Shown here piece after piece: positions 1 through 11,411 of a stretch of 53,755 nt of DNA; within the stretch, counting starts at the first letter, position 1; the number at the start of each line of letters is the position of its first letter. The notes under the pieces are model-generated. The model saw nothing but the letters and a program-made list of their open reading frames with translations. It had not been told where the DNA came from and did no database searches. Source of the stretch: Vitrella brassicaformis CCMP3155 (lineage: Eukaryota > Protista > Chromerida); NCBI GenBank assembly GCA_001179505.1, contig CDMY01000547.1, forward strand, positions 1 through 53,755. Reading direction: 5' to 3'. The translations under genes and the position numbers were made by a program.

Positions 1-164
1 CCTCTTGCGACGATGCGAGCCTTGTACTTGTCAGGCTTGAGGGCAAATACCCATCTGCATGAGATGATCTTGGTCGTTCAAAGTTGTTTTTGTCCATGTA
101 TGGCATCATGAAGGGTGGTCAACACAGATCTCACTTCGGTGATGGCTGATAAGATCGTGTCTCC
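1..164 (-). mobile_element. Degenerate Ty1/copia LTR-retrotransposon reverse transcriptase fragment (continues off the left edge)
   Basis: The minus strand reads ...TTLHDAIHGQKQL*TTKIISCRWVFALKPDKYKARIVARG. This matches the copia RT (RVT_2) N-terminal motif I.C.WVF..K....YKARLVARG. An in-frame TGA at 78-80 indicates decay. Confidence 0.8.
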
Positions 165-520
165 TCAGAATGCTTTCCTTGTCTTTCCTTGTCTTCACCT
201 CTCTCTCTCCGTTACACAGCAATCTACCCTAGCTCACAAGCTCGCAGTGGTTCGTCTTGCCAAGCTGGCAATCCTGACAATGGAGTCATGGTGCAGGATG
301 CACGCATGCACGCCGCCTTCAAGCTGCTGCTGGGGTGGCGTGTCTGCGCCGTTGTGTGCCTGCCTGCCTGTATGTTGCCGTCGTTCGCAGCGCATTGCAT
401 ATCCTCCTGTTTGCTGCATCTGCCCTCTGCGTGCTGCGTGTTGCGTGTCCGGGTTGCATGTTAGGGTGCGTGTTTTCATGTTGGACAGACCGGCAGGGGA
501 CTTGGCCGCTAGGCCGCCTA

Positions 521-542
521 GGGTGCTCCCTGAAACCGCTGC
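521..542 (+). promoter_or_regulatory. Putative shared upstream element, copy 1 (GGGTGCTCCCTGAAAC-C-GCTGC)
   Basis: 16-nt exact match (21/22 nt with one indel) to 38281-38301. It ends about 40 nt before the SR-protein ATG. Function is inferred only. Confidence 0.35.
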
Positions 543-581
543 TGCTGAAGCGGAGAAAGGGATATTTCCCGCCGCGGCGCC

Positions 582-2038
582 ATGTCTGATCCAGTAGTAG
601 AGGGGATGCAGCAGCAGCATGATGAGGACCTGCCGCCGCGGGAGGAGGTGACTGACCCTCCGAGGGAGGAGGAGGGCGAGAACGGCCACGCACCCCACAC
701 CGGCGAGGCGCCCGATGAAAAGACCCACCGTGACGATGAGAAGGAGGACCGAGACCACCCTCCCCGCCGTGACGATGAGGACCAGGACAGGGACCGGCCT
801 CGCGAGAGGGTCTCCGAGGACGAAAGGCGCCGCACGCGCACCATACTCATCCGCAACATGGTGAGTGGGTGTCTCCAGGCGGACGGCTGCATCCTATCCT
901 CGCGGATGTGTTGTGCCGGTGTGTGTGTGTGTGGATGTGTATGTATCAGGCGATGGAGACTTCTCCGGGTGAGTTGCGTCGGATCTTCAGCAAGTACGGT
1001 GAGATCAAGGACGTCTACATCCCACTCGACGTCTACAGACGCGTCCCGCGCGGATTCGGATTCGTCGAATTCGCTGAAGAGAAAGACGCGCGCGAGGTCA
1101 GTCAAGGCATTCATTCAGCGGGCGAGGGAGGGATGGCTTGGTCGGCTCATATGTGTGTGTGTGTGTGTGTGCAGGCGATGGCTGACATGACGGGTCGCCG
1201 CATCGACGGCAAGGAGGTGGAGATCGTATACGGCAACGCCCGCCGCAAGACGGTCGGCCAACACAGCATAGCCTAGCATAGCACGCATGAATGAATGAAT
1301 GAATGAGTGGATGAGTGCACTCATTCTCACGATAGATACTTGACACTCATCCATCCACTCCATCTGCCTGTTGGTTGCTCCGTGTGTGCAGAAGGATGAG
1401 ATGCGCAACAGCGAGCGCAACCGCGAACAAAACCGATGGGGCGGGGGAGGCAGGTAACAACTGCACACACACCTACACCTGAGCGCCGAGCACTCGCCGT
1501 ATGTTATGTGTGTGCATATATACCCATGCCCATGCAGTTACGACCGTCGTGACCGCTACTACGGTGACAGAGGAGGGGGTGGGGGCTATGGGCGTGACTC
1601 CAGGGGCGGCGGTGGGTATGGGTCTGGTCGTCGTGGTTACACGGACGACTTTGACGAGACGGACCGTCTCCGAAATCAGTACAAGTACTACGACGCCGAC
1701 CGCGACAGAGACGACAGGGACCGGGGCAGGGAGAGGGAGAGATCTCGCGACAGATACGAGTGAGTACGTGAGGGACGTCCACAATGAATACGACTCGGGG
1801 GGGTGTTGGTCTTGAATGGCCGCTATGCTCTCCCTTTGTGTGCTTGTGTGTGTGTGCAGCCGCTACGATCGCCGTGACGACGACAGACGACGCGACGACC
1901 GATATGACCGCGACAGACGGTGACCGTCTGATCTGAACACGCCACAACCTCACAAGGAATCACCAGCTCATGTGTCTGTCTGCGTGTGTATGTGTTCTCA
2001 GTGAGCGTGACGATCGCATGAATGGGTACCGCGACTAG
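582..2038 (+). CDS. SR splicing factor, SC35/SCL-like (RRM + RS/RD-rich tail), 7 exons
   Basis: Spliced exons (about 582-860, 950-1096, 1175-1252, 1392-1452, 1538-1759, 1860-1919, 2002-2038) give ILIRNM-AMETSPGELRRIFSKYGEIKDVYIPLDVYRRVPRGFGFVEF (RNP2/RNP1), then YGNARRKT-KDEMR (SC35-type), then an RD/RS-rich tail. Introns are GT-AG. Confidence 0.9.
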
Positions 2039-3196
2039 ATCCAACACACAGGTGGGTGGCTGGATGGATGGCAGAGGGAGACAGCGAGCGAGCTGGGCGC
2101 GTGGATGTGTGTCATTGAAAGCGAGTACACACACACACACACACACACGTGAGAGGAGGGAGGGAGGGAGAAATTGCCACACCGCCGGGCGTTTTTCAGT
2201 CCGAACACGCACAATAGTTACACACGTGGTTGCCCTTCCTTCCTGACTGCGTCAGCACACTCGCTGTCTTGCCCCTTCGCTCAGTAGAAATGGTGTGCTG
2301 TGGTGAGGTGCTGGCTGCCTGGCTCGAGTCCCGACGCCACCCGAGGAGGGGGGTCATGACGTCGATCGAGCAAAAAAGGAGAGGGCAGGGCACCATCTCC
2401 GCGGTTTTCGAGCCTTTCGCGTATTGGCTGAGACGAGGGAACGAGCGAGCGAGGGAGCTGGCTGGTGACTTGGCCTGTTGGCGTGTTGGCGTGGCGTGAT
2501 ATTGGTGTGTCGCGTGATTTGGTGTGGGGTGGTGGTCAATCTGTGCGGGCGGGCGGGCGGGCGGACTGAGAGATGCGAGGCAGATGCGAGACCGATCTTG
2601 ACTGCACCCACCCACCCCCACCACCAGACGTGTCTACATGAGTGCCATGTGTTTCCCACGATGACATCGCACCTCTCACTCTCTCTCTCCCCCTCTCTCT
2701 CTCCCTCCTTCCTGCTCTGTGTGTGTGTGCAGGTAATTCTTCCAGCCAATGTTTCAAGTGAGGTTGCCGCATGAGTGAAGGAACCAAGACACACGAATGA
2801 CACGAAGAGAAGGGGGTGGGGTGGTCGGGCGGGAGGTGGCGGCGTAGCGTGTTGACGACACCGTCCGTGGTGGGTGCGTGCGTGTGTGTACGGGTGTGGT
2901 AGTATAAATCAAATCCGAGTTCCAGCAAGTTCAAGCGAGCGAGCGAGAGAGCGTGCTGGGCTACACATGCCTCCCTCGTGTGCATGAGACATCCGTCTCT
3001 CTACACTACATACATGTGCGGGTGTGTGTTGGTGTGGGTGAAGAAAGATGGGACCGACAGACAGACACGTTCGTTCGTTTGCATGTGTTTACATCCATCC
3101 GTCCATATATTCGTTCAACCATGCTCATCAATCACGTCGCCACGGAATCGCATTTGGCCTGCCCCCGCCATGCAGCCACGGTCGCATTCACCTCAC

Positions 3197-5764
3197 TCAC
3201 TTGCCCCGCCAGAAATCACGGCAATTGCTGCACATCTGAGTGCACACACAGTGAATAGAGCCGCTACTCAATGCTCGACCCTCTGTCTGTTTGCTGACTG
3301 ACCTCTTGGACAATTCCGCGGTGTGTGTCGTCTCCCTCCCCCTCAGCAGCCCTCGGCAGCAGGCCATCACGCTCGTCATGCTCGCCTTCGAGCACTGACC
3401 CACGTGTGGACGACACAGGCTGACCTGCAGGAGCTTCGACAGAACTTCGCAGAGACAGACAGACAGACACACAGACACACAGACACAGACAGACAGACAG
3501 ACAGACACACAGAGAGAGAGATGCAGGTGGGGGATCAAATCGTTTGTGCGCATGGTGACTGACCTTTGTGCGTCCCTCAGTAGTCTTGTTCGTCTCCTCT
3601 TTTGTGCGATGTCTGTGTGTGTGGTAGAGTGAGTGGCGATGAGAGAGCACTGGTAGACGGTGAGGATGACCAGCGCGAGCAGACTGCCAGAGTGCAGCAC
3701 CAACACCTGGCAATCGCAGTCATCACGATCGACAAAAGGTGGATGGTGTGTGTGTGTGTTGTCTGCCTGTCTGCACCTACGAGCAAAATAAGTCCATATC
3801 TGCGCATGACAGCCGCCAGAAACGACCAGAAATCTCCCCTCTGTGAGACATCCATGCCACACCATACACACACGATACAAACACACACACAAGGAGACAT
3901 GGCGCGCACTCTGGTGTCTGTCTGTCTGTCTGTCAGTCTATCAGTCTCTCTCTGTGTCTCACGAATTCGGGTAGAGGATTGGCGTCCCGGAGCATCGAGT
4001 TGAGAGCCAACACACACAGGCACATGTTCAAGGACTGAGCATACACAGACATAGACCAACAGAGAACGGCGCAGCGTCTGTCTCTGTCTCTACCCTCGTG
4101 CCTCTCTTTGTCTCTTGCCTGTAGAACGCTTTGCAGTGCGAGGAAGACGGTAAATTGTCTCCTGTTGCCCTTGCCAATGGCATTTTTGATCCACATGCAG
4201 TAGTGGTCAAACCCTTCGACGCACCGGTCCATCGTCCTGCATGGACAGACAAAGCAGTGAGTGAGTGAGGGAGACAGCTTGTGTGTCAGTCTGTCTGTCT
4301 GTCTGTGTGGAGGAGGGGAATCTTGGGGGATTTGGTCACGAGCAGTGTTTGACGCCTTCTGCCTTGACGATCCAGCAAGTGTAGCAGAGGCGCTCAACGT
4401 CCGCACGGAGGCTCGGCTCGTCGGGCTCCTCACACCTGTCAATGCGATCCATCAAATCCTATAAACACAAGACACACAGGGACTTCACAGCTGTTGTCGA
4501 TCCCTGTTTGTGTATTTGGCCTCTCACCTCGACGGCCGTCTTGCCCCTGGGTGGGATGGGGACACATCCCGGATCGCCCGAGACCGTCCACAGCCACCAG
4601 AGGAAGGTGAAGAGGGCCAAGATCTCAAACACGTGACACACAGCAGGAGACATCACAATCACCACCGGACGAACCTACAGCGCATGCAGACACAGATGGA
4701 GTCTGACACGTATGCATGACGGCATTGCTCTCACATCGATGCATCTCACATACTTACTTGCAGATGCCAGGCAACCATCATGATGGTGTTGCACACCGGG
4801 TACACTGCAGCAGCCACCCAGTCACACACACCGGGCCTCCCACGCTCACGACGCACATGCGCCCGCGAGCCGCCACCCCCAGCCCCACCCCCTGTGACCA
4901 GCGGTTGCCGCTCTTCCTCCCATTGCCTGCGGGCGTATCTTTTGGCCGATCGCCGCAGGCGGACCGCCAGCGCACGATGGCCTGCCTTTCGGGCCATATC
5001 GATGGCCGTCTGCACATCCGGACATACACGCATCCATATACTGTATATGGGCATTTCTTCACGGCTTACAGCGTCGGAAGAGTTTGTCTCCGTCGGGCTC
5101 AGCTCAATAGCCTCGATAAGGTACATCGATACGGTGTAGTTGCCCGCATGCGCCGCCACGTGCAGCGGCGTCCCGCCCCGATGGTCCCTCACATGAAAGC
5201 TGCCGTAGTCAAAGTACTCGAGCACGCGGACGAAGCGTATCGCGCCTTTGTATGCCGCCCAGTGGGCCACAGTGCCGCCATTGGCATCCGTGAGGGTCAG
5301 GTCGGCCCCCCTCTTGAGCAACAGCAAGAATACTGCCAGATCGTTGCCAATCAGAGAGCGGATGAGCGGCGTGTTGCCCTGTCTGTCTCGGCAGTTGATG
5401 TTGGCCTGGTAGGTGAGCAGTAGCCTCATCATCTCGAGGCTGCCCCTGGCCACAGCGCACATGAGAGGTGTCTCCTTGCTGTCGCTCTCAGCGTTCGCGT
5501 CAGCACCTTTTACCTATAACAGACGCACATGCACACCCCGGGGGGCAGTGCAAAGAAATAATGCACGGCGGCTGGGCCGCTCACCAACAAGAATCGGGCA
5601 AAAGCCACTGCCGCCCTCGACAGCCCGAATCCACCAGCCGTCCTGTGGAGCAATGTCTGTCCTTTCTCGTCTTTGGCATTCAGCAGCTGAGGAGAGTGAG
5701 AAACCTTCCTCTCGAGTGCACAAAAGTCTCCGGCCTCCAGCAGATCAGTCACCGGGGCGGACAT
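3197..5764 (-). CDS. AKR1: Ankyrin-repeat DHHC-family palmitoyltransferase (Akr1/ZDHHC13/17 type, DHYC motif); 3' end uncertain
   Basis: Ankyrin repeats (KDEKGQTLLH, KETPLMCAV, QGNTPLI, GGTVAHWAAYKG, GGTPLHVAA), then TM segments and DPG, then the Cys-rich domain LCYTCWIVKAEGVKHCSTMDRCVEGFDHYCMWIKNAIGKGNRRQF and further TMs. An alternative in-frame ATG lies at 5827. Confidence 0.9.
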
Positions 5765-5970
5765 GATGCTCCTTGCAGATGCGCTGGTGCTGCTGATGTC
5801 TGTGGTTTCTGTGGGAGGAATGATCATTGGTACGGCCAGCTGGGGATACCGCTGCCTATATGCTCTGTGAGAGGCCCGTCCACCAGGGAAGGGGGGGCGT
5901 ACCCCCCAGGGGGCCGAGACGGCGACGAGCTCGCACTCATGGGGCCAGTTTCGCATGCACAACGGGCAAG

Positions 5971-8900
5971 ATGGACCATTCAACGTGGACCAGCAGCACT
6001 GTTGAGGAGGACCACAGGAGAGCAGCGTTGTCTTCACATCATGGGATCAGCCATCATTTCAATCTGGCCAAGTTTAAAGACGCGCAACGTTCTCAGCCTG
6101 GAGGCGACGAGCTCGAGAAAGCGCTGCAGCAGCAGCAGTACACAGCCGCGTTGCAACCACCGCCACTCATTGCAAGCCCCCTTAAGACGGATCTGCTGAT
6201 TCAGCAGCGCTTACCATCTGGATGGAACACTGTCCCGTCTTTCGGCGGCCTGATCATGAGTGCCAGTGTGGGTCAGCCGGGGGGACGGATGGCAGCTGCA
6301 GCGCACGACCCGTACGCGGCCGTGCCGCCGGGAACGTACACGAGTTCGCCGCCATCTGCGTCCCGCTCCCTCACCTCCGAGCCGCCCGAGAGACAGGAGA
6401 CAGGGAGAGAGGTGGAAGACAACAGTCGGGCCGCTGGCGGGTCAGAGAGGGTATCAATCCCTCGTCTGTCCATCCACCGCATTGAGGGGCAGCTCGATGA
6501 CAACACCACGCTCGGAGCCCTCCCCTTTCTGCCGGGAAGAGACAGCAGGCATCGTGAGCAAAATCCAGAGCCCCCAGACGCAGATCTGCCATCAGCTCCA
6601 CCACGCGCCGACAACAGAAGCCACGACCCGACCAACACCCGTGGCTGCCTTCTACTGCAGCCCGTCCGTCACGTCCACCACAGCCGCAGACACGTTGGTG
6701 TATCGGTGAGTGATGGCGACCGACGTGAGTGCGAGGCGACGGCGGATGAGGTGACCATTGCGCAGCTGAGAAAGGAGCTGAAGGACTTGTCGCGGAAACG
6801 GCGGATGCACCAGACTAGCCAGCATGCCAATGACACACCCAAATTGCCTGTAAGGGGCAGCCGGAAGAGCAGTCCTGATAGAAGAAAAGATCTTGCACGA
6901 CATGTGTGTATGTTATGGCCAGACGAAGAGAAGTGAGGCCACCCCGTCGACGTTCAATGATGCCTTCCACGACTCTCAACTCACCGCGTCTGAGGTACAT
7001 ACGTACGCAAGCAAGAGACCGCCATTGCATTGCCCTTCCTATTCTGTCTGTCTGTCGGTCTGTCTGTCTCTCTCCACAGGTGGATCATTCCCAGCTGACG
7101 CGGCTTCGCCTCGAGCAGGAGATTCACCAGAGAGACAGGCAGCTGCACACCCTGCTCGGTAAGTCCGCCCCCTGACCAACCATACGCACTGTCGATCGAC
7201 TTGGCTTCCTGCCTGCCTGCCTGCGTGCAGATTGGAAGGAGTCGGCGGCCGCGCACATGAGAGAGCTGCAGGGGAGGCTTGATAACATGGCCGAGGAGAA
7301 CGCCATGCTCAAGGAGGAGCGGATGCATGCAATCGCTACCGCACAGGTGCGCTTTGTCGGAAACGCCATAGATACTTTGCACACACCTGTGTATACAGAC
7401 AGACCGATTCAGTGCTAACGAGTGTATGTATGCCATCGATTGCAATGTTTCTGGCAGGATGAGGTTGAGCGGATGGCCTGGGAGCTTCAGCAGTCAACAT
7501 CGCACAATGAAGAGCTCACAAGAAAGCATGAGCGCCTGGAGAAGTCACTCGAGCGCTCTCAAGCCCTGCTCAGAGAGAAAGAGGCGCAACTGACGGCGAC
7601 AATGCTGCATCTTCAACCCTCATGCAAAGACGTAAGTAAGCTCCACATCCACACGTCCCTCTCTATCGCCTCTCGACCCAGCCCCATTGCATGTCATGTC
7701 TCTGCCTGCAGGCTTCAGTTCAATGCAGCCGAGTGTCGACTCCATCCTCCCCCAGACCATCTGTGGCGGCTCTCACTTCCCCCTTATTTGCAACACTGAG
7801 GCCGCACTGCCCCTCACCAGCAGCGGCTTCACCAGCAGCAGTATTCGCGGCGACACACAGCTTGCCGATTGACGCTCGCCGCACCATCAAGCCTGACAGG
7901 CTGCAGCAGAAATCCTTGCGAAGGCGGCAGATGACCCCGCGAGCCTCCCAAATGGCGTCACTGCGTGCCTCATGCCGCCTCATGGAGCAGCAGCTGAGGG
8001 TACTGCTGGATGAGCAGCAGAGACGCAACGCACAGCATGGTGCGGCGGGGAATGAGGAGGATGTCCCGTCAGCAAGGTCCGCAGCATCAAGCAATGACAT
8101 GCCTCCCGAGCCCGTCACGCCGCCTGTCCCCATTGTCCCCATGCCCATGCCCATGACGGCCAAGGAGAAGACGATGGACAGAGGGAGGCGTGTGTGCCGT
8201 GAGGACATCCATCTGCCGTCGAGGATGCGGGCGTCCACCTTTGTGGTGTCTGATGCCGACGTCCAGCCGCTGGCCATGGTGCCGCGGCACACGACGGAGG
8301 AGACGACGTATGTGGAGCCGGACTTACAGCAATATCAGCATGAACCGACGAGTGGTGATGACAGGAGACACGATATAAGAGCCTGCAGGAGACAGCCGCC
8401 GCCATTTACTGGCCAGATGGAGAGGCACACTCCATCAGCCTGTCCTTCCAACACGAGTGCCGCCTCGCCCCTCGACCGCTACGAGGCACAACTGTGGCTG
8501 AAGCTGCAACGGCTCGACCACAAATCACCAGCAATAGCAACAGCAGCAACGACCCATCACGGCAAACACGTCCAGGCACCTGTGCCGCGCTTTATGACGA
8601 GAGAGAGGGAGAGAGACAAAGAGAGAGGGGGGCGGAGGGGGGCAGGGGTGGGAGTGATGGAAGACATGGACACGGGGCCGTCCTCATACACCCACGCGTT
8701 CGAGCGGCGGCGCATGACACGACAAGTGGCTGGGAGGCAAGTGGGCGGATGGGACAATGGTGGCACATCTGTGTGTGGGGAGCCACTCGGCAGACTCAAC
8801 CAACTGGTACGCATATATGTTTGCCGATCGTTGCATGTGTCAGCTGCAGCGTTGATTGATGTTGTGTGTGGATGTACATGTGTGGTGTCAGGCGTGTGAG

Positions 8901-8990
8901 CAGCGCCTGAGGGTCACGACACTTGCAGACAAGCTCGCCAGCATCAGACGGGCGCGAGATGTGCGATTGAGAGCGACACACAATAAGTGA
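5971..8990 (+). CDS. Large orphan coiled-coil / low-complexity protein, about 7 exons
   Basis: Long open exons (5971-6849, 7711-8807) are joined in phase by GT-AG introns to heptad-rich exons (TRLRLEQEIHQRDRQLHTLL; MRELQGRLDNMAEENAMLKEE; NEELTRKHERLEKSLERSQALLREKEAQL). No family motif recognised. Confidence 0.7.
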
Positions 8991-9587
8991 CCCCACTTGT
9001 CGAGTCGACCACTACACCTCATCCCTCTCATGCGATTGACTGTCAAAAAACAGCACACGCGACATTGGCTGAAGGACGGCGACAGAGAAACACCCACCCC
9101 TTTTGACCAAAAGGGCCGGATAAAAAGAGATGCAGGCAGGCAGGCGGGAAGCTAGGCATACAGAAAGGCACGCACGAGCACTGACGCGACACATGGCTGC
9201 CTGTCTGCATGGAAGTGTCCATCTGTGTACTGTACGCATGTGCGTATCTCTCATACGTCGACCTTTTCGCTGGCGTATTCGTCTCCACTTCACCATGCAG
9301 CCTGCCTGACCAGCTCGGCCTTTGCCGTGGCTCCGTCTTCATCTCTGCAGCAACAAACAGACACAAACATGTGTGTGTGTGACGTGACTCGTCTGCGTCT
9401 ATGTCGGGATTGGTCTTGTTCCGTGAAGATACAGCGCTTTCAGTATCGCGTAGCATCTTGACACGCACAATATCATTGGGAGGGTTTGGGAGTGTGTGTT
9501 GGCGACAGGCATGTTTGCAAGGAGCCGTTGGGCAACGGTCACACAAAACAATACAAAAATATATTGTTCGGTCCTTCCCCGGCTGCA

Positions 9588-10612
9588 ATGGAACCTTCGC
9601 CTTTGCTTCCCGCAAGGCTCGTCAAGCTGAACGTCCGCGGCAGCGGGTTTCAGATCGGCGAAGCAGCGCTGAGAAACCATCCCCAAACAAAACTGGGTCA
9701 GCTCGTCACCGATACGGAGACTCCCGCAGACACGCCTGTGGTCGTCGATGCGGATCCCCGCTCCTTTGAGTACGTCATTCAGTACTACACCACAGGGCTG
9801 CCCATCCACATCAAGAAGGACGTTAATCCAGCCCTGCTCAAGAGAGACTTCGAGCGCTGCGGCATCGGCATCGACGTCGACAACATGAGGCTGCCGGATG
9901 GGGCCAAGCCGGATCCACCTGTCGAGGAGGGTGAGCAGCTGCACGGCAAGGCACAGATCTCGACACTTGCACTTGTTCGTTGTCTTTCTGACAGATCCTT
10001 CCAGGAGTTTGTACGAGATGCTGGCGGTCAAGACCAGTCGAACAAAGTGAGGTGACAAGCTCGTCACATCGTCAATCCTGTGCATGCTCGTACCTTTTCT
10101 TTCTGTGGATGCAGATGTGAGGACTCATCCTCTGAGTTGTCGCGATCATCGGCGCCGTCGGCGCCGGATTCACCATGCAATACGGGTGGTGGTTCCCGCT
10201 CAGGGAGGATCCCAACCGGGATGAGAGGCGCGTGGAGGTGGTCAAGACCCTCATGGACTTCGCTTTTCAGGCGATCCCGCTATTGGCCGTCACCTGCGCA
10301 CTCGGCATGGGCCTCATCGGCGTCATCCGCCAGTGGATCCACACCTCCAGATGCGCCTCTCCTGCCACGCAGCCCACCCCCATGCCGCTCGAGACACCCC
10401 TTCATCGGTCGCGTCAGCACCTGCAGCCATCCAGCGCAAACACTTCAGTCGGCCGACCCCATGGGAGCTCGTCTGCGGCCGCCACCCTTCGTGACACCAA
10501 CAGTCACGCCGCAAACGACAGGGAACGTCCCTCGGGCCACCTTCGACGAGTACGTCAGGAGGTGCCAAGAGCGCCTGACAGCATGATCGTGACAGAAAAG
10601 AAGGCGCAGTGA
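9588..10612 (+). CDS. T1/KCTD-type BTB/POZ domain protein with two C-terminal hydrophobic segments
   Basis: VKLNVRGSGFQIGEAALRNHPQTKLGQL...VDADPRSFEYVIQYYTTG is the BTB_2 pattern. The downstream exon (strong C-ending codon bias) encodes VAIIGAVGAGFTMQYGWWF and FAFQAIPLLAVTCALGMGLIGVI. Splicing of exons 2 and 3 is ambiguous. Confidence 0.7.
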
Positions 10613-10707
10613 GGATGCGGCGGGTGTTTTTCTGTAAGTGTGTGTGTGTGTGTGTGTGTGTGATCGTGAGAGCGGCCTGGATGCACTTGCGTGACAGTGC
10701 CTGTGGT

Positions 10708-10732
10708 GGGGTGGGTGGGTGGGTGGGTGGGT
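10708..10732 (+). repeat. (GGGT)n tract, G-quadruplex-capable, downstream of the BTB gene
   Basis: Six consecutive GGG(G)T units are directly visible. Confidence 0.7.
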
Positions 10733-11411
10733 GGCGGAGTGGGTGGGTCTGTGTTATGTGAAGACCTTGTTTGAAGCAGAATGTGGGAGCATGGTTGCCC
10801 CTGCGTCTTCGAGGACGTGTTGGCCGCTCCTCCTTGGCTTTCACCTACTTGTAGTCGCTAGAAGAGGTAGCCGATATCGAACGGATAGCGAATGTGACGG
10901 ATCCGGGAAGCGGAAGCATATATGACAGTAAACGTACGTATGTTCGCAAGCCCCTTGGGTCAGACAATGGCGATGTCTCTCTCTACATTTGACAGTCTGT
11001 TGGTGAACGACAAGTGAACGAGGAGAAGTGTCTTGGGCGAGCGACGTGTGGGACGTTCCCACATGTGCGTGAATGTAAGAAAGAATCACTTGTGATTGAC
11101 CATTGATGACTCTAGGGTCGTTGGTATCCATCAACACTGTGACAAGCCACACTGACTGACTCAATCAACACCTGACTAAGAGTGAGTGGAGAGACCCCAA
11201 AAAGGCAAGTCCCTCCACCCACCGCAAAAGACAAGAGATGCTAGAGATGGCCCGTATGACTCGGCGGCTACCTGCCTGCCTATACACTGCACTGCATGTA
11301 CTTACGACGCACATCCATCCATCCATCCACTCAGGCAAGCAGGCAGGTCTTCTCACCTGCAGCTGCCTGCCTGCCTGCCGACATCCCTCATTTGAATGCA
11401 TTGAGCTGAGA

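Noticed and set aside
2196-2500. Short ORFs in both directions between the SR and AKR1 genes, including a Cys-containing tail (HVCNYCACSD)
   Set aside because: No complete zinc-finger spacing, no consistent splice model and no family motif.
9043-9470. Possible small minus-strand gene divergent from the BTB gene (acceptor-like site near 9345)
   Set aside because: No convincing protein in any frame. It could be a non-coding divergent transcript, but this cannot be supported from sequence alone.
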